Part shown: positions 27,161 through 37,236 of the stretch, one piece after another
How the letters are laid out: every line of letters starts with the position of its first letter
How positions within the stretch are numbered: position 1 is the stretch's first letter
The notes under the pieces: generated by a model
Database searches by the model: none
Told to the model about the DNA's origin: nothing
What the model saw: only the letters and a program-made list of their open reading frames with translations
From: Terriglobia bacterium
GTDB taxonomy: Bacteria > Acidobacteriota > Terriglobia > UBA7540 > JAPUME01
NCBI GenBank assembly: GCA_963555835.3
Contig: CAUVWZ020000001.1
Coordinates: forward strand, 825,540 to 889,539
Length of the DNA stretch: 64,000 bases
Direction of reading: 5' to 3'
Made by a program: the position numbers and the translations under genes

Positions 27161-27676
27161 ATGTCTCTAAAGACCTCAAGTCTATTATTCATCGCGGCGC
27201 TGGTGGTAGCGGCTTCGGCCCTCCCGGCCCGCGCGCAGGTGAACCCTCGCGGCGAGGCGAGTCTCAAACTGGGCGGCGGCAATATCAAGGTAAGCTATGG
27301 CCGTCCGCCCCTGGATGGCCGGAATCTCCTGGATATGATCCAACCCGGCGTCAATTGGCGTATGGGAGCCGACAATCCTACAACTCTGACCACCGATATA
27401 CCGCTTAAGGTGGGAGGCACGACAGTTCCCAAGGGCAAGCACATCCTTCTCGCACAATTTACGGGAAAGAGGAGTTGGACCCTGGTTTTTTCCAAGAAGT
27501 CTGTTTTCGAATTTCAGGAGTCGGACAAGATCGCAGAGGTGATCGGGACCCTCGTCGATGCCGACCAGGCGACGGATAGAGTTACGATCTCACTCGAGGG
27601 CAGCGGAAAGCAGGGAAAGCTCATCCTGGCCTGGGGTAAATTTCGGCTTGAAGCGCCCTTTAGCGCGGCAAACTGA
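27161..27676 (+). CDS. DUF2911-family secreted protein
   Basis: 171-aa ORF with a signal peptide. The pattern IKVSYGRPPLDGRNL...VNWRMGADNPTTLTTD...VGGTTVPKGKHILL matches my recollection of DUF2911. Confidence 0.65.
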   Translation: MSLKTSSLLFIAALVVAASALPARAQVNPRGEASLKLGGGNIKVSYGRPPLDGRNLLDMIQPGVNWRMGADNPTTLTTDIPLKVGGTTVPKGKHILLAQFTGKRSWTLVFSKKSVFEFQESDKIAEVIGTLVDADQATDRVTISLEGSGKQGKLILAWGKFRLEAPFSAAN

Positions 27677-27772
27677 AACCTTCACAAGGGTACGGCCTGG
27701 AAATGCGGGGCACTTCCGAATGGGGGAAGTGCCCTTCACTCGTCAAAACCAGAAACCGTGAGCCCCCCCTCC

Positions 27773-28273
27773 TTAATCCACATAGGCGAAGCATTCGATC
27801 TCCACGTGGCCACCGGGAACCACCAGCTCCCCCGCGGCAATCGTCGAGCGCGCCGGAGGCTCAGATGGAAAAAACGTCCGGTACACTTCATTCATCCCCT
27901 GAAAATCCGCCGCACTCGACAAGAACACGGTGCATTTGAGCACCCGGTCGAGAGAGGAACCGGCCGATTCGAGCAGTCGCTTGAAGTTCTCCAAAATATA
28001 ACGGGTCTCAGCCCCGATTCCCCCTTCGACCACTTTTCGCGTCTCCGGGTCGATCGCCATCTGTCCCGAAACGAAAAGCAGATTGCCAAAACGGATGGCA
28101 GGAGAGAACGGGAGACCGGGAATCTCTCCCGGGCCGCTGATCGCCTGCTTCGTGGGCTTGGCTCCTTCGGGAGGTGGAGCAGCGCAGGCCACCCCCGCTC
28201 CCATCCCCAGGAGTCCGGCTGCCAGCGCCGACTTGCCGCCCTGGGTAAGAAAATTTCTTCGATTGTCGCTCAT
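27773..28273 (-). CDS. RidA/YjgF/L-PSP family protein with a twin-arginine (Tat) signal peptide
   Basis: 166-aa ORF. The N-terminus MSDNRRNFLTQGGKSALAAGLLGMGAGVACA contains the RRxFL Tat motif. The body has RidA blocks (LLFVSGQ, KCTVFL, PARSTI). Confidence 0.8.
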   Translation of the reverse strand: MSDNRRNFLTQGGKSALAAGLLGMGAGVACAAPPPEGAKPTKQAISGPGEIPGLPFSPAIRFGNLLFVSGQMAIDPETRKVVEGGIGAETRYILENFKRLLESAGSSLDRVLKCTVFLSSAADFQGMNEVYRTFFPSEPPARSTIAAGELVVPGGHVEIECFAYVD

Positions 28274-28340
28274 CGTTTAACTCCTTAGCAAAAATTGAAA
28301 TGAAGGAAAGAAATAAAGTCATCCCGATCTTGTTACTCGA

Positions 28341-29240
28341 TCAATTAGAACCAGCCCCGGCCGCCTCGGCTGTTTCCAGCCCATCCAGAAACTCTTTTGC
28401 AACCTGCGCGGCGTCCTGGTGTTCCACATCCACCTGGTAGTTCATACGGCGCATCTCGTCGGTCGTAATCGTGCCCGCCAGCTCCGCCAGCGCCGGCGCA
28501 ATCTCGGGATAGCGGGCCAGCGTCTCCTTCCGCACCATCGGCACCGCCTCGTAGGGAGGAAAGTACCCACGGTCGTCGGTCAACTGAACCAAATCCAGCG
28601 ACACGATCCGCGCGTCCGTCGAGTTCCCCACAATCAGGTCCACTTTCCCCTCTGCAATCGCCCGGTAGACAAGGTTCAAGTCCATGGCAAGCGGGGGAGT
28701 GTCGAATCGAAGACCGTAGGTCTCGACCAACCCCGAGTAGCCGTCGGCACGCTCGATGAACTCATGCCCGACGCCGGCCTGCCACGAGGCGCTGTGCGGA
28801 ACGATATCGGAGAGTGTCGTGGCTCCGAGCCGCTTCGCGTCTTCACCCCGAATCAGAAGCGCGTAGGTGTTCTCAAACCCGAAAGGCTGCCCCACCGCGA
28901 CCTGGAACCGCTCATCGTATTCCGCCTTCACGCGCTCATAAACCACGCGAGGCTCGGAGATCACTTTCTCCCGCAATATGACGACGAAAGAGGTTCCCGT
29001 GTATTCGGGATAAAGATCGATCTGTCCGGCTACAAGCGCTCTGTGGCAGACGATCGTTCCGCCCAAATTCAGTCGCCTCTCGACCGTAATATCTGTGCGG
29101 CGTTCGATTTGCTGGGCCATGATCTCTGCCAGGACGATCTGTTCGCTGAAATTTTTCGAGCCGATGACCAGGCCTTCCCGCTCGCCGGAGCAGGCAAAGG
29201 TTGACGCGAGGACCGCAACAATCCAAAGGCATCGCTTCAT
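28341..29240 (-). CDS. Glycine betaine/choline-type ABC transporter substrate-binding protein (OpuBC/OpuCC-like)
   Basis: ORF 28341..29306. The start MKRCLWIVAVLAS at 29240 makes an ATGA overlap with the permease stop. It has the GSKNFSEQIVLAEIMAQ... block typical of the OpuAC-domain family. Confidence 0.8.
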   Translation of the reverse strand: MKRCLWIVAVLASTFACSGEREGLVIGSKNFSEQIVLAEIMAQQIERRTDITVERRLNLGGTIVCHRALVAGQIDLYPEYTGTSFVVILREKVISEPRVVYERVKAEYDERFQVAVGQPFGFENTYALLIRGEDAKRLGATTLSDIVPHSASWQAGVGHEFIERADGYSGLVETYGLRFDTPPLAMDLNLVYRAIAEGKVDLIVGNSTDARIVSLDLVQLTDDRGYFPPYEAVPMVRKETLARYPEIAPALAELAGTITTDEMRRMNYQVDVEHQDAAQVAKEFLDGLETAEAAGAGSN

Positions 29241-29896
29241 GAAGATCCTCTCTCGGTTCGCGATCCCGCAGGCGTCAGGCGGCGCTCCACCCGGCCCAGA
29301 CCCCAATCCGCGCCCAGGGCCATCAGCGCCGCCGGTATGGCTCCGGCCAGGATCAGCCGATTATCCAGCATATTGATGCCACGGAAAATCAGGCTGCCCA
29401 AACCACCGGCTCCAATATAGGCGGCAATCGTGGCCACCCCCACCGACACGACCGTCGCCACGCGCAGTCCGGCAAAGATGACGGGCAGGGCCAGCGGCAG
29501 CTCGACGCGCATGAGAAGCTGGCGGTCGGTAAGTCCCATCCCCAGCGCGGCCTGCCGGATGGCCGGGTCAACGCCGGTAATACCCGTATAGGTATTACGC
29601 ACGATCGGAAGCAGCGCGTAAAACACAAGCACCACCATCGCCGTGCGAGCGCCGATGCCGCCTAGAATTGGAAGCGGGATCAGGAAGCCGATCAGCGCAA
29701 GGCTGGGGATCGTCTGCACCACGTTCGCCAGGCCCAGGATCCATCGCCCCAGGCGCGCCCGGCGCGTCGCCACGATGCCGAGAGGAACGGCAATCAGGGC
29801 AGCCATCAGCGTGGAAGCCACGACCAGAACCAGATGCTGGCCCGAGAGCGAAAGCACCTCGACCCGCCTCTCCAGAAAGAATCGAACCAGCTCCAT
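29237..29896 (-). CDS. Osmoprotectant ABC transporter permease (OpuBB/ProW-like)
   Basis: 219-aa hydrophobic ORF with a BPD-transporter EAA-like loop (AALGMGLTDRQLLMRVELPLALP). Confidence 0.85.
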   Translation of the reverse strand: MELVRFFLERRVEVLSLSGQHLVLVVASTLMAALIAVPLGIVATRRARLGRWILGLANVVQTIPSLALIGFLIPLPILGGIGARTAMVVLVFYALLPIVRNTYTGITGVDPAIRQAALGMGLTDRQLLMRVELPLALPVIFAGLRVATVVSVGVATIAAYIGAGGLGSLIFRGINMLDNRLILAGAIPAALMALGADWGLGRVERRLTPAGSRTERGSS

Positions 29897-29928
29897 ACGG
29901 GACTAATTTACCTCCTCAGGTCGCTCCT

Positions 29929-30681
29929 TCAGGCATTCAGCGAACTCAGGAAAATCTGCGCTTCCGGATGCTCGGAGCCTCTCAGCTCCTCAGGAGTGCC
30001 GTTTGCGACCAGACGCCCCGCCTCGAGCAGCGCTATGCGGGATCCAAGCAGGAAGGCTTCTCGAATGTCGTGGGTCACGAAGACCACCGTCTTTCGCAGG
30101 CGTTGCTGCAATTGCCGGAATTGCTGTTGCATTTCAATTCTGGTAATCGGGTCGAGCGCGCCAAAGGGTTCGTCCAGCAGGAGAATCGGCGGGTCGGCGG
30201 CCAGCGCCCGCGCCACGCCCACCCGCTGCCGCTGTCCTCCGGAAAGCTCATGCGGAAATCGGCATGCAAACTCGTCAGGAGCAAGCCCAACCAGTTCAAG
30301 CAGTTCCCTTACGCGCCCGCTCACCCGCTCCCGCTCCCATTTCTCCAGTGTGGGAATCATGCCGATGTTTCGCTCCACATCGAGGTGCGGGAACAGTCCC
30401 ACCTCCTGAATCACATAGCCGATGCTACGCCGGAGACGAATCACATCCCAGGCGGTCGTCGCAACCCCTTTGACGCGCACTTCTCCTTCACTCGGGTCGA
30501 GCAGACGGTTGATGAGCCTGAGCGTAGTCGTCTTCCCCGACCCGCTGCGGCCAAGCAGCATCAGGCTCTCGCATTCGGAAACCGACAACGTCAACTCAGA
30601 GACGAGCGCAGGGCCATCGGGGACTCGAAAGCTTACCCGGTCGAATTCAAGCACGGTACTGGAGCCTGTCTCGGAGGGCAT
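29929..30681 (-). CDS. Osmoprotectant ABC transporter ATP-binding protein
   Basis: 250-aa ORF with Walker A GRSGSGKTT, signature LSGGQRQRV and Walker B ILLLDEPF. Confidence 0.9.
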   Translation of the reverse strand: MPSETGSSTVLEFDRVSFRVPDGPALVSELTLSVSECESLMLLGRSGSGKTTTLRLINRLLDPSEGEVRVKGVATTAWDVIRLRRSIGYVIQEVGLFPHLDVERNIGMIPTLEKWERERVSGRVRELLELVGLAPDEFACRFPHELSGGQRQRVGVARALAADPPILLLDEPFGALDPITRIEMQQQFRQLQQRLRKTVVFVTHDIREAFLLGSRIALLEAGRLVANGTPEELRGSEHPEAQIFLSSLNA

Positions 30682-30724
30682 CAGAAAGCCTTATCCTGTG
30701 GGAACAAGAGGAGCATGGCGAAAG

Positions 30725-30753
30725 TTTATATGTGAAAAGGGCTTTTACTGCAA
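30725..30753 (-). promoter_or_regulatory. Putative sigma70-type promoter of the opuB-like operon
   Basis: Minus strand: TTGCAG (30753-30748), 17-nt spacer, TATAAA (30730-30725), ~40 nt upstream of the ATG at 30681. Confidence 0.4.
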
Positions 30754-30806
30754 CCCTAACCCGCGATGGGCAGGAAAAAATCTATTCTTTGAGGATAGAG
30801 GTTCTT

Positions 30807-31796
30807 TCATCCGGAGTTGAATTTGGGAGAAATCAAGGTTTCCTGGCGGGGGAGCATACGCGTGTGAAACAGTGTCGAGTCAGGGTTAAATCTCATCCAT
30901 CCCTCTTGGTAGGAGAGAACGCCGGGCAGGAGATTCCCTTCCTCATCTTCGGCCCACGCCGCCATATCGGATTTACGGAAATGCAGAGTAATCAACTTGC
31001 CGCCAAGGGAAAATTCAAAGGGAGGCTTCGCTTTCTTCAGTTGCCCGAAGGGGAAAAACATGGCTTGCCCGCCCACGGCCAGACCCAACCCCAGGGGCGC
31101 CGTATCGTGGACCGGAACAGGCGCAAAGGGAGCGTTCGGGCGACGGTAGTAGTAGGGGCTTCCCTCCTCACCTGTGATCACCATGACACGGGTGTCGGGA
31201 TGGAGCTCGCGCCAGAGGCGCCAGGTGGTTTGCAGGGAAGGCACCACTTTCAAGGAAAACCCTCGCAGCGGACCGGCGATTGCCCTGCCCTCCAACTGCG
31301 ACCAGACGCTGTTTGTTTCCCGATCGACGAAGAGCAGATTGTCCAGGTATAAAGTTTCGCTGAAATCGAAAGTGAGCTTCCGATCTCCATACTGGCGGGC
31401 GTACACGACGCCCGATCCCGTGATCGGTCACCAGGTAAGCGCCAGCGGGGAGCCGCCGACCTGGCTGTCCACAACCTCGTGCATTGCCAGATAGCGAATC
31501 GGGTAGGCCATGGCCTTCCCGTCCACTACCACGCCGAGCACAAGGTCCTTTCCTTTCAATCTTGCCTGATTCGCCTCGACCGACGGGGGATCGACCGGCA
31601 CCTCATGGACCCGCATTGAAACTTCCTGGGTGGAGTTTCCGGGGCCGGCTATTTTGACCTTGATCTACCGTGACTCGGGTGCGGCCCTGATGTTCGCCGG
31701 GACCAGCGCCAGAGCAAGGCAAGCCCCAACGAAGAGGGCAAACTTACCTCCCCGTTTCCCTCACCCGTGGGTGGGCCTTTGTAGAGTTCCGAGCAT
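30807..31796 (-). pseudogene. DUF3179-family gene kept in a single reading frame but interrupted by three in-frame stop codons
   Basis: Own translation: MLGTLQRPTHG-TGA(31763..31761)-GKRGGKFALFVGACLALALVPANIRAAPESR-TAG(31667..31665)-IKVKIAGPGNSTQEVSMRVHEV...GGSPLALTW-TGA(31430..31428)-PITGSGVVYARQYGDRKLTFDFSE...WSQLEGRAIAGPL...WRLWRELHPDTRV. There are no frameshifts. Confidence 0.6.
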
Positions 31797-31903
31797 TCAG
31801 GTAACTCCGCCCCGTTGCGGCCATTTCTCAGTTGCGACTCTATTCTTAGATGGCTATCGGCGAGTTTCGATTCACCGCCATCATTGATGAAGACGGAGAA
31901 CCG

Positions 31904-33367
31904 CTATTGCGAATCTCCGGAGACAACGCCTACCTGTATCTTACGGAAGCGCGCGGGTGAGGCGCCGTGTCCGGTTCCCATGGTCTGCATGGGCTGTCCT
32001 TTGCCGCAGTTGGGAGTCCCCCACAGAACCCACGAGGATTGGTCACAGACGGCGTCGCAGGCGTTCCAGAAATCGGTGGAGATGCCACCGTAGCTCGGGT
32101 TCTTGAGCATTCGCCCCTTCTTGCCGCCCTTGATCTCCCAGGCGATCTCCGTGCCGAACTGAAAGTTGTAACGCTTGTCGTCAATCGACCAACTTCGATT
32201 GGTTTCCATGTAGATGCCGTCGTCGGTCGAGGCGATCAAGTCATCAAACTTCCACGTGCCGGGAAGCAGACTGATGTTGGTCATGCGAATCAGGGGGATG
32301 CGGTTCCAGCCTTCGGCCCGCATGGCGCCGTTCGAGCGCGATTCGCCCACCGCAGGGGCCGTCTCGCGGGAGGTGATATAACCCCGGAACATGCCGCGCT
32401 CGATGATCGGCGTGCGCTGGGCAGCAACCCCCTCATCATCGTAGGCAAAGGTCCCCAGCCCCGGCCCGTGGGCGGCAGTAGCATCGGCCACGACGTTCAC
32501 CACCTCCGAGCCGTAGCGGAGCTTGCCGAGTTGATCCAGGGTGAGGAAACTTCTCCCCGCAAAGTTCGCTTCCATCCCGAGAACCCGGTCCAACTCGATG
32601 GGATGGCCAACCGACTCGTGGACCTGCAGGCCCAACTGCGGTCCGTCGAGGATAATGTCCTTCGTCCCCACCGGACACGGCTCGGCTCGGTGCAAGGCTA
32701 CCGCCTCCTCGCCGAGGGGCCCGGCATGGCCCACAAGGTCGAGTTCCTGCACCAGTTCATAGCCTCGAATCTGATGCTGCCCGCCGAAAGAGTGCGGGTA
32801 GGACCTCTTCTGAATCTCATCGCCGGAAAAGGAGACGGCAACGATTCCCGCGCCGCATTGCGTTTTTTTCTGCCGTATCTCCGAACCCAGGCTCGACAGG
32901 AACAGTTGATCCGTACGGCGGAACTCCATCGAAGCCTCCCTCAGCGTCACACCCTTTACGCGGCGCATCTCGGCATCGGCCTTGAGAAGCAGGTCCAGCG
33001 ATTGGCTGATGGGAATTTGGAAGGGGTCGATCTCCGCAGGCCCTTCCCAGGAGTCGATGATCTTCTGCTCGGCCGCGAGGACCACGTCCGCCTTTTTCGC
33101 CAGAGCGCTCGAGCGCGCGATGGCAACCGCCCTGGCTGCGACCGCTTCCACGCCCTCAAGGGTCATAAGATCGGTGGCCGCAAAACCCCACGCCCCGTCG
33201 GCGATTACGCGCACCCCCAACCCCAGGGACTCCGATTCCCGAACCTGTGCCGGGACTCCGTTCCTGGTTGAAAGATAGCGCTCGCGGGACTCGATGGCAC
33301 GCACGTCGGCGTAAGAGGCCCCTTTCACCAGTGCCGCATTGAGAGCCCTTTCGGCAAGGTCCTTCAT
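31904..33367 (-). CDS. tldD: TldD/PmbA-family metallopeptidase (TldD-like)
   Basis: 487-aa ORF with HESVGHPIELD (HExxxH) and the conserved C-terminal GGxTDxW / CGKGQP blocks. Confidence 0.85.
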   Translation of the reverse strand: MKDLAERALNAALVKGASYADVRAIESRERYLSTRNGVPAQVRESESLGLGVRVIADGAWGFAATDLMTLEGVEAVAARAVAIARSSALAKKADVVLAAEQKIIDSWEGPAEIDPFQIPISQSLDLLLKADAEMRRVKGVTLREASMEFRRTDQLFLSSLGSEIRQKKTQCGAGIVAVSFSGDEIQKRSYPHSFGGQHQIRGYELVQELDLVGHAGPLGEEAVALHRAEPCPVGTKDIILDGPQLGLQVHESVGHPIELDRVLGMEANFAGRSFLTLDQLGKLRYGSEVVNVVADATAAHGPGLGTFAYDDEGVAAQRTPIIERGMFRGYITSRETAPAVGESRSNGAMRAEGWNRIPLIRMTNISLLPGTWKFDDLIASTDDGIYMETNRSWSIDDKRYNFQFGTEIAWEIKGGKKGRMLKNPSYGGISTDFWNACDAVCDQSSWVLWGTPNCGKGQPMQTMGTGHGASPARFRKIQVGVVSGDSQ

Positions 33368-33510
33368 CCCGGCTCCTTTGCCCTGAAACGCTCAGCGGGA
33401 AACGTCCTCATGTGGAAAACCTCTGGGAGCAGAAGGAAGGAGATTGTTGGACGATTGAACGATTGAACGAATGAACAATACGACGGCACGGCCCGGAGTG
33501 CAAGAAGCCT

Positions 33511-34788
<1,278 letters not shown>

Positions 34789-35940
34789 CTATCCCGCCGC
34801 TTTCTTGAGTTGCGCCGCCTTGTCGGTGCGCTCCCAGGTAAATTCCGGCTCGGTCCTCCCAAAATGACCGTAGGCTGCCGTCTTTCTGAAAATCGGCCGC
34901 CGCAGATCAAGTGCGTCGATAATCCCCTTGGGAGTCAGTTGGAAGTGACTCTGGATCAGGTCGGCCATTCGTTCTTCATCCACACATCCGGTTCCGAAGG
35001 TGTTCACATTCAGTGATACCGGGTCGGCAACGCCGATCGCATAGGCGAACTGGACTTCCACGCGCTGCGCCAGCCCTGCTGCCACCAGATTCTTGGCCGC
35101 GTATCGGGCCATATAGGTGGCGGACCGGTCAACCTTTGTGGGGTCTTTTCCCGAAAACGACCCGCCTCCATGGTGGGCCGAACCCCCGTAGGTATCGACG
35201 ATGATCTTCCGGCCCGTCAGGCCGGAATCGCCCGCCGGTCCACCCACGACGAAACGTCCCGTCGGGTTGATGTGAAACTTCGTCCGATCATCCATCAGAT
35301 CGGCTGGAATGATCTGTTTGATGACTTCTTCCCGGATCGCTTCATGCAGGACGTCGTTCGTGACGTCAGGGTCGTGCTGCGTGGATATCACAACGGTATC
35401 CACCCGCACCGGCTTGCCGTTCTGGTACTCCGCCGTCACCTGAGATTTTCCGTCCGGGCGCAGAAAATTGACCGACCCATTCTTGCGGATCTGCGCCAAT
35501 CGGAGACAGAGCCGGTGAGCCATGGTGATGCAAAAAGGCATCAACTCTTCCGTCTCATCGCAGGCATAACCGAACATCATCCCCTGGTCACCTGCGCCCC
35601 CGGTATCGACACCCTGGGCGATGTCACCCGACTGCCGGCTGAGCCCGGGAATGATCTTGCAGGTTGAGGCGCTGAAGCCGTATTCGCTTCGTGTGTAGCC
35701 GATATCGGAAACCACCTGGCGGACAATCTTTTCCACGTCGATATCAGCCTTGGTGGTAATCTCGCCCACCACCGTAACCGTGTCATCCTTCACCACGGTC
35801 TCGCAGGCCACACGGCTCATAGGGTCCTGGCCCAGTGCGGCATCCAGGATACCGTCGGAGATTTGATCACAAACCTTATCGGGATGGCCCTCGGTCACAG
35901 ATTCTGAGGTAAAAAGGTATCGCGGCGCGCCAGCACCCAT
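34789..35940 (-). CDS. metK: S-adenosylmethionine synthetase
   Basis: 383-aa ORF with [25 protein letters not shown] and [16 protein letters not shown]-type blocks. AAGGAG lies 8 nt before the ATG. Confidence 0.95.
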   Translation of the reverse strand: MGAGAPRYLFTSESVTEGHPDKVCDQISDGILDAALGQDPMSRVACETVVKDDTVTVVGEITTKADIDVEKIVRQVVSDIGYTRSEYGFSASTCKIIPGLSRQSGDIAQGVDTGGAGDQGMMFGYACDETEELMPFCITMAHRLCLRLAQIRKNGSVNFLRPDGKSQVTAEYQNGKPVRVDTVVISTQHDPDVTNDVLHEAIREEVIKQIIPADLMDDRTKFHINPTGRFVVGGPAGDSGLTGRKIIVDTYGGSAHHGGGSFSGKDPTKVDRSATYMARYAAKNLVAAGLAQRVEVQFAYAIGVADPVSLNVNTFGTGCVDEERMADLIQSHFQLTPKGIIDALDLRRPIFRKTAAYGHFGRTEPEFTWERTDKAAQLKKAAG

Positions 35941-35993
35941 ACTCGGACTCCTTGAATGTCAAGATAACTCTTGGTAAAGGGGCGAACTAACTC

Positions 35994-36022
35994 ACCGTAA
36001 CATAAACCATGCAACCTGTCAA
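35994..36022 (-). promoter_or_regulatory. Possible promoter for metK-ahcY
   Basis: Minus strand: TTGACA (36022-36017), 17-nt spacer, TACGGT (35999-35994), in an AT-rich intergenic region. The -10 is weak. Confidence 0.25.
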
Positions 36023-36141
36023 ACCCCACAAGTCATTACAATACAACCGGTTACACGGAAGCAATCACAACTCTCATTGGCGCCGAAGAAACCTAACTTA
36101 AGGGCTTGTCCGAACTGCCTTTCCCCGCAGTCTGCAAGCTT

Positions 36142-37234
36142 TTATCGTGCCCTTGTGAGCAGGAATGCCTTCGTGAAAATCTCAAAGTCCCCGTCCAGCA
36201 CCCGGTCCACGTCACCTGTCTCCATCTTGGTGCGATGGTCCTTCACCATCCGGTAGGGGTGGAGGATATAGGAGCGAATCTGGCTGCCGAAGTCGATATC
36301 GGACTTCGAGGCCTCCAGTATTGCCGACTCCGCCCGTTTCTTTTGAAGCTCCATCTCATAGAGTTTAGACCGCAGGATTTTCATCGCCATCTCCCGGTTC
36401 CTATGCTGCGACCTTTCGTTCTGGCACTGGGCGACAAGACGGGAGGGCAAATGCGTGATGCGGACGGCCGAGTCGGTTACGTTCACATGCTGTCCGCCGC
36501 GCCCCGAGGACCGATAGGTATCGATGCGAAGATCCTCGCTGCGGATATCGATCTCGATCTTGTCGTCAATCTCCGGGCTTACGAAAACCGATGCGAAGGA
36601 TGTGTGGCGACGAGACGCGGCATCATAAGGTGAGATGCGAACCAGGCGATGGACTCCGATCTCGGGCGTCAGCAACCCGTAAGCGCCCTCGCCCACAACG
36701 GAAAAGGTGGCCGACTTCAGGCCCGCCTCCTCGCCCGCCTGGTATTCGTTCAGTACCGTCTTGTAGCCTTGCCCCTCCGACCAGCGCAGATACATCCGGA
36801 GCAGCATCTCGGCCCAGTCCTGAGATTCCGTGCCGCCTGCGCCCGGGTGAATGGTAACGATGGCGTTCAACCGGTCATTCTCTCCACTGAGCAGGACCAT
36901 ACTTTCGACACGGTCCACCTCGGAACTCGCCGCCTTCAGCTCACGCTCAAGCTCGGCTCCGACGTCCTCACCCTCCCGGGCCAGCTCGAAGTATGCATCC
37001 AGATCGCTCAGCTTCCCCTCCAGCCGCGTCTGGGTCTCGATTTCCTGCTCCAGCGAGTGGCGTGTCCGCAACAACTTCTGAGAACGTTCCCGGTCGTTCC
37101 AGATACCCGGTTCGGCCAGTTCCTTTTCCAGCTTCGAGAGCTCCTGCATTTTCCGATCTCGGTCAAAGATAGCTCCGAAGGTCATCGATGCGGGATTTGA
37201 GTTCGTTGAACGTTCTCTGGTGTTCCTCGATCAC
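36142..37234 (-). CDS. prfB: Peptide chain release factor 2, requires a programmed +1 ribosomal frameshift
   Basis: Frame 0 from GTG 37234 gives VIEEHQRTFNELKSRIDDLRSYL then TGA. The +1 frame continues DRDRKMQELSKLEKELAEPGIWND... (track ORF 36142..37185). SPF and GGQHVN motifs are present. Confidence 0.9.
37162..37168 (-). promoter_or_regulatory. prfB: prfB +1 frameshift site CTT TGA C
   Basis: The minus strand reads CGG AGC TAT CTT TGA C. The TAT CTT TGA C core is identical to the E. coli prfB shift site, with a GGAG SD-like element just upstream. Confidence 0.85.
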
Positions 37235-37236
37235 TG

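Noticed and set aside
31409-31430. Selenocysteine recoding of the TGA at 31430..31428 in the DUF3179-like gene. The TGA sits where a Cys is expected and is followed at once by the hairpin CCGATC-acgg-GATCGG.
   Set aside because: The same frame carries two more stops, including a TAG that Sec cannot explain. The hairpin is only 6 bp and starts directly after the TGA, unlike the longer bacterial SECIS with a GGU-type apical loop. No sel genes are visible in the window. It is kept only as a low-probability alternative inside the pseudogene finding.
33452-33475. Three tandem 8-mers (CGATTGAA CGATTGAA CGAATGAA) between ahcY and tldD.
   Set aside because: It is too short and too few units to be a CRISPR array or meaningful VNTR. 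It is most likely a trivial microsatellite in an intergenic spacer.
35941-36141. Possible SAM or SAH riboswitch in the AT-rich ~200-nt region upstream of metK-ahcY.
   Set aside because: I could not find the conserved cores of SAM-I, SAM-II or SAH elements as I remember them. The region is adequately explained by a promoter plus a short leader and the prfB 3' end. An Rfam scan would settle it.
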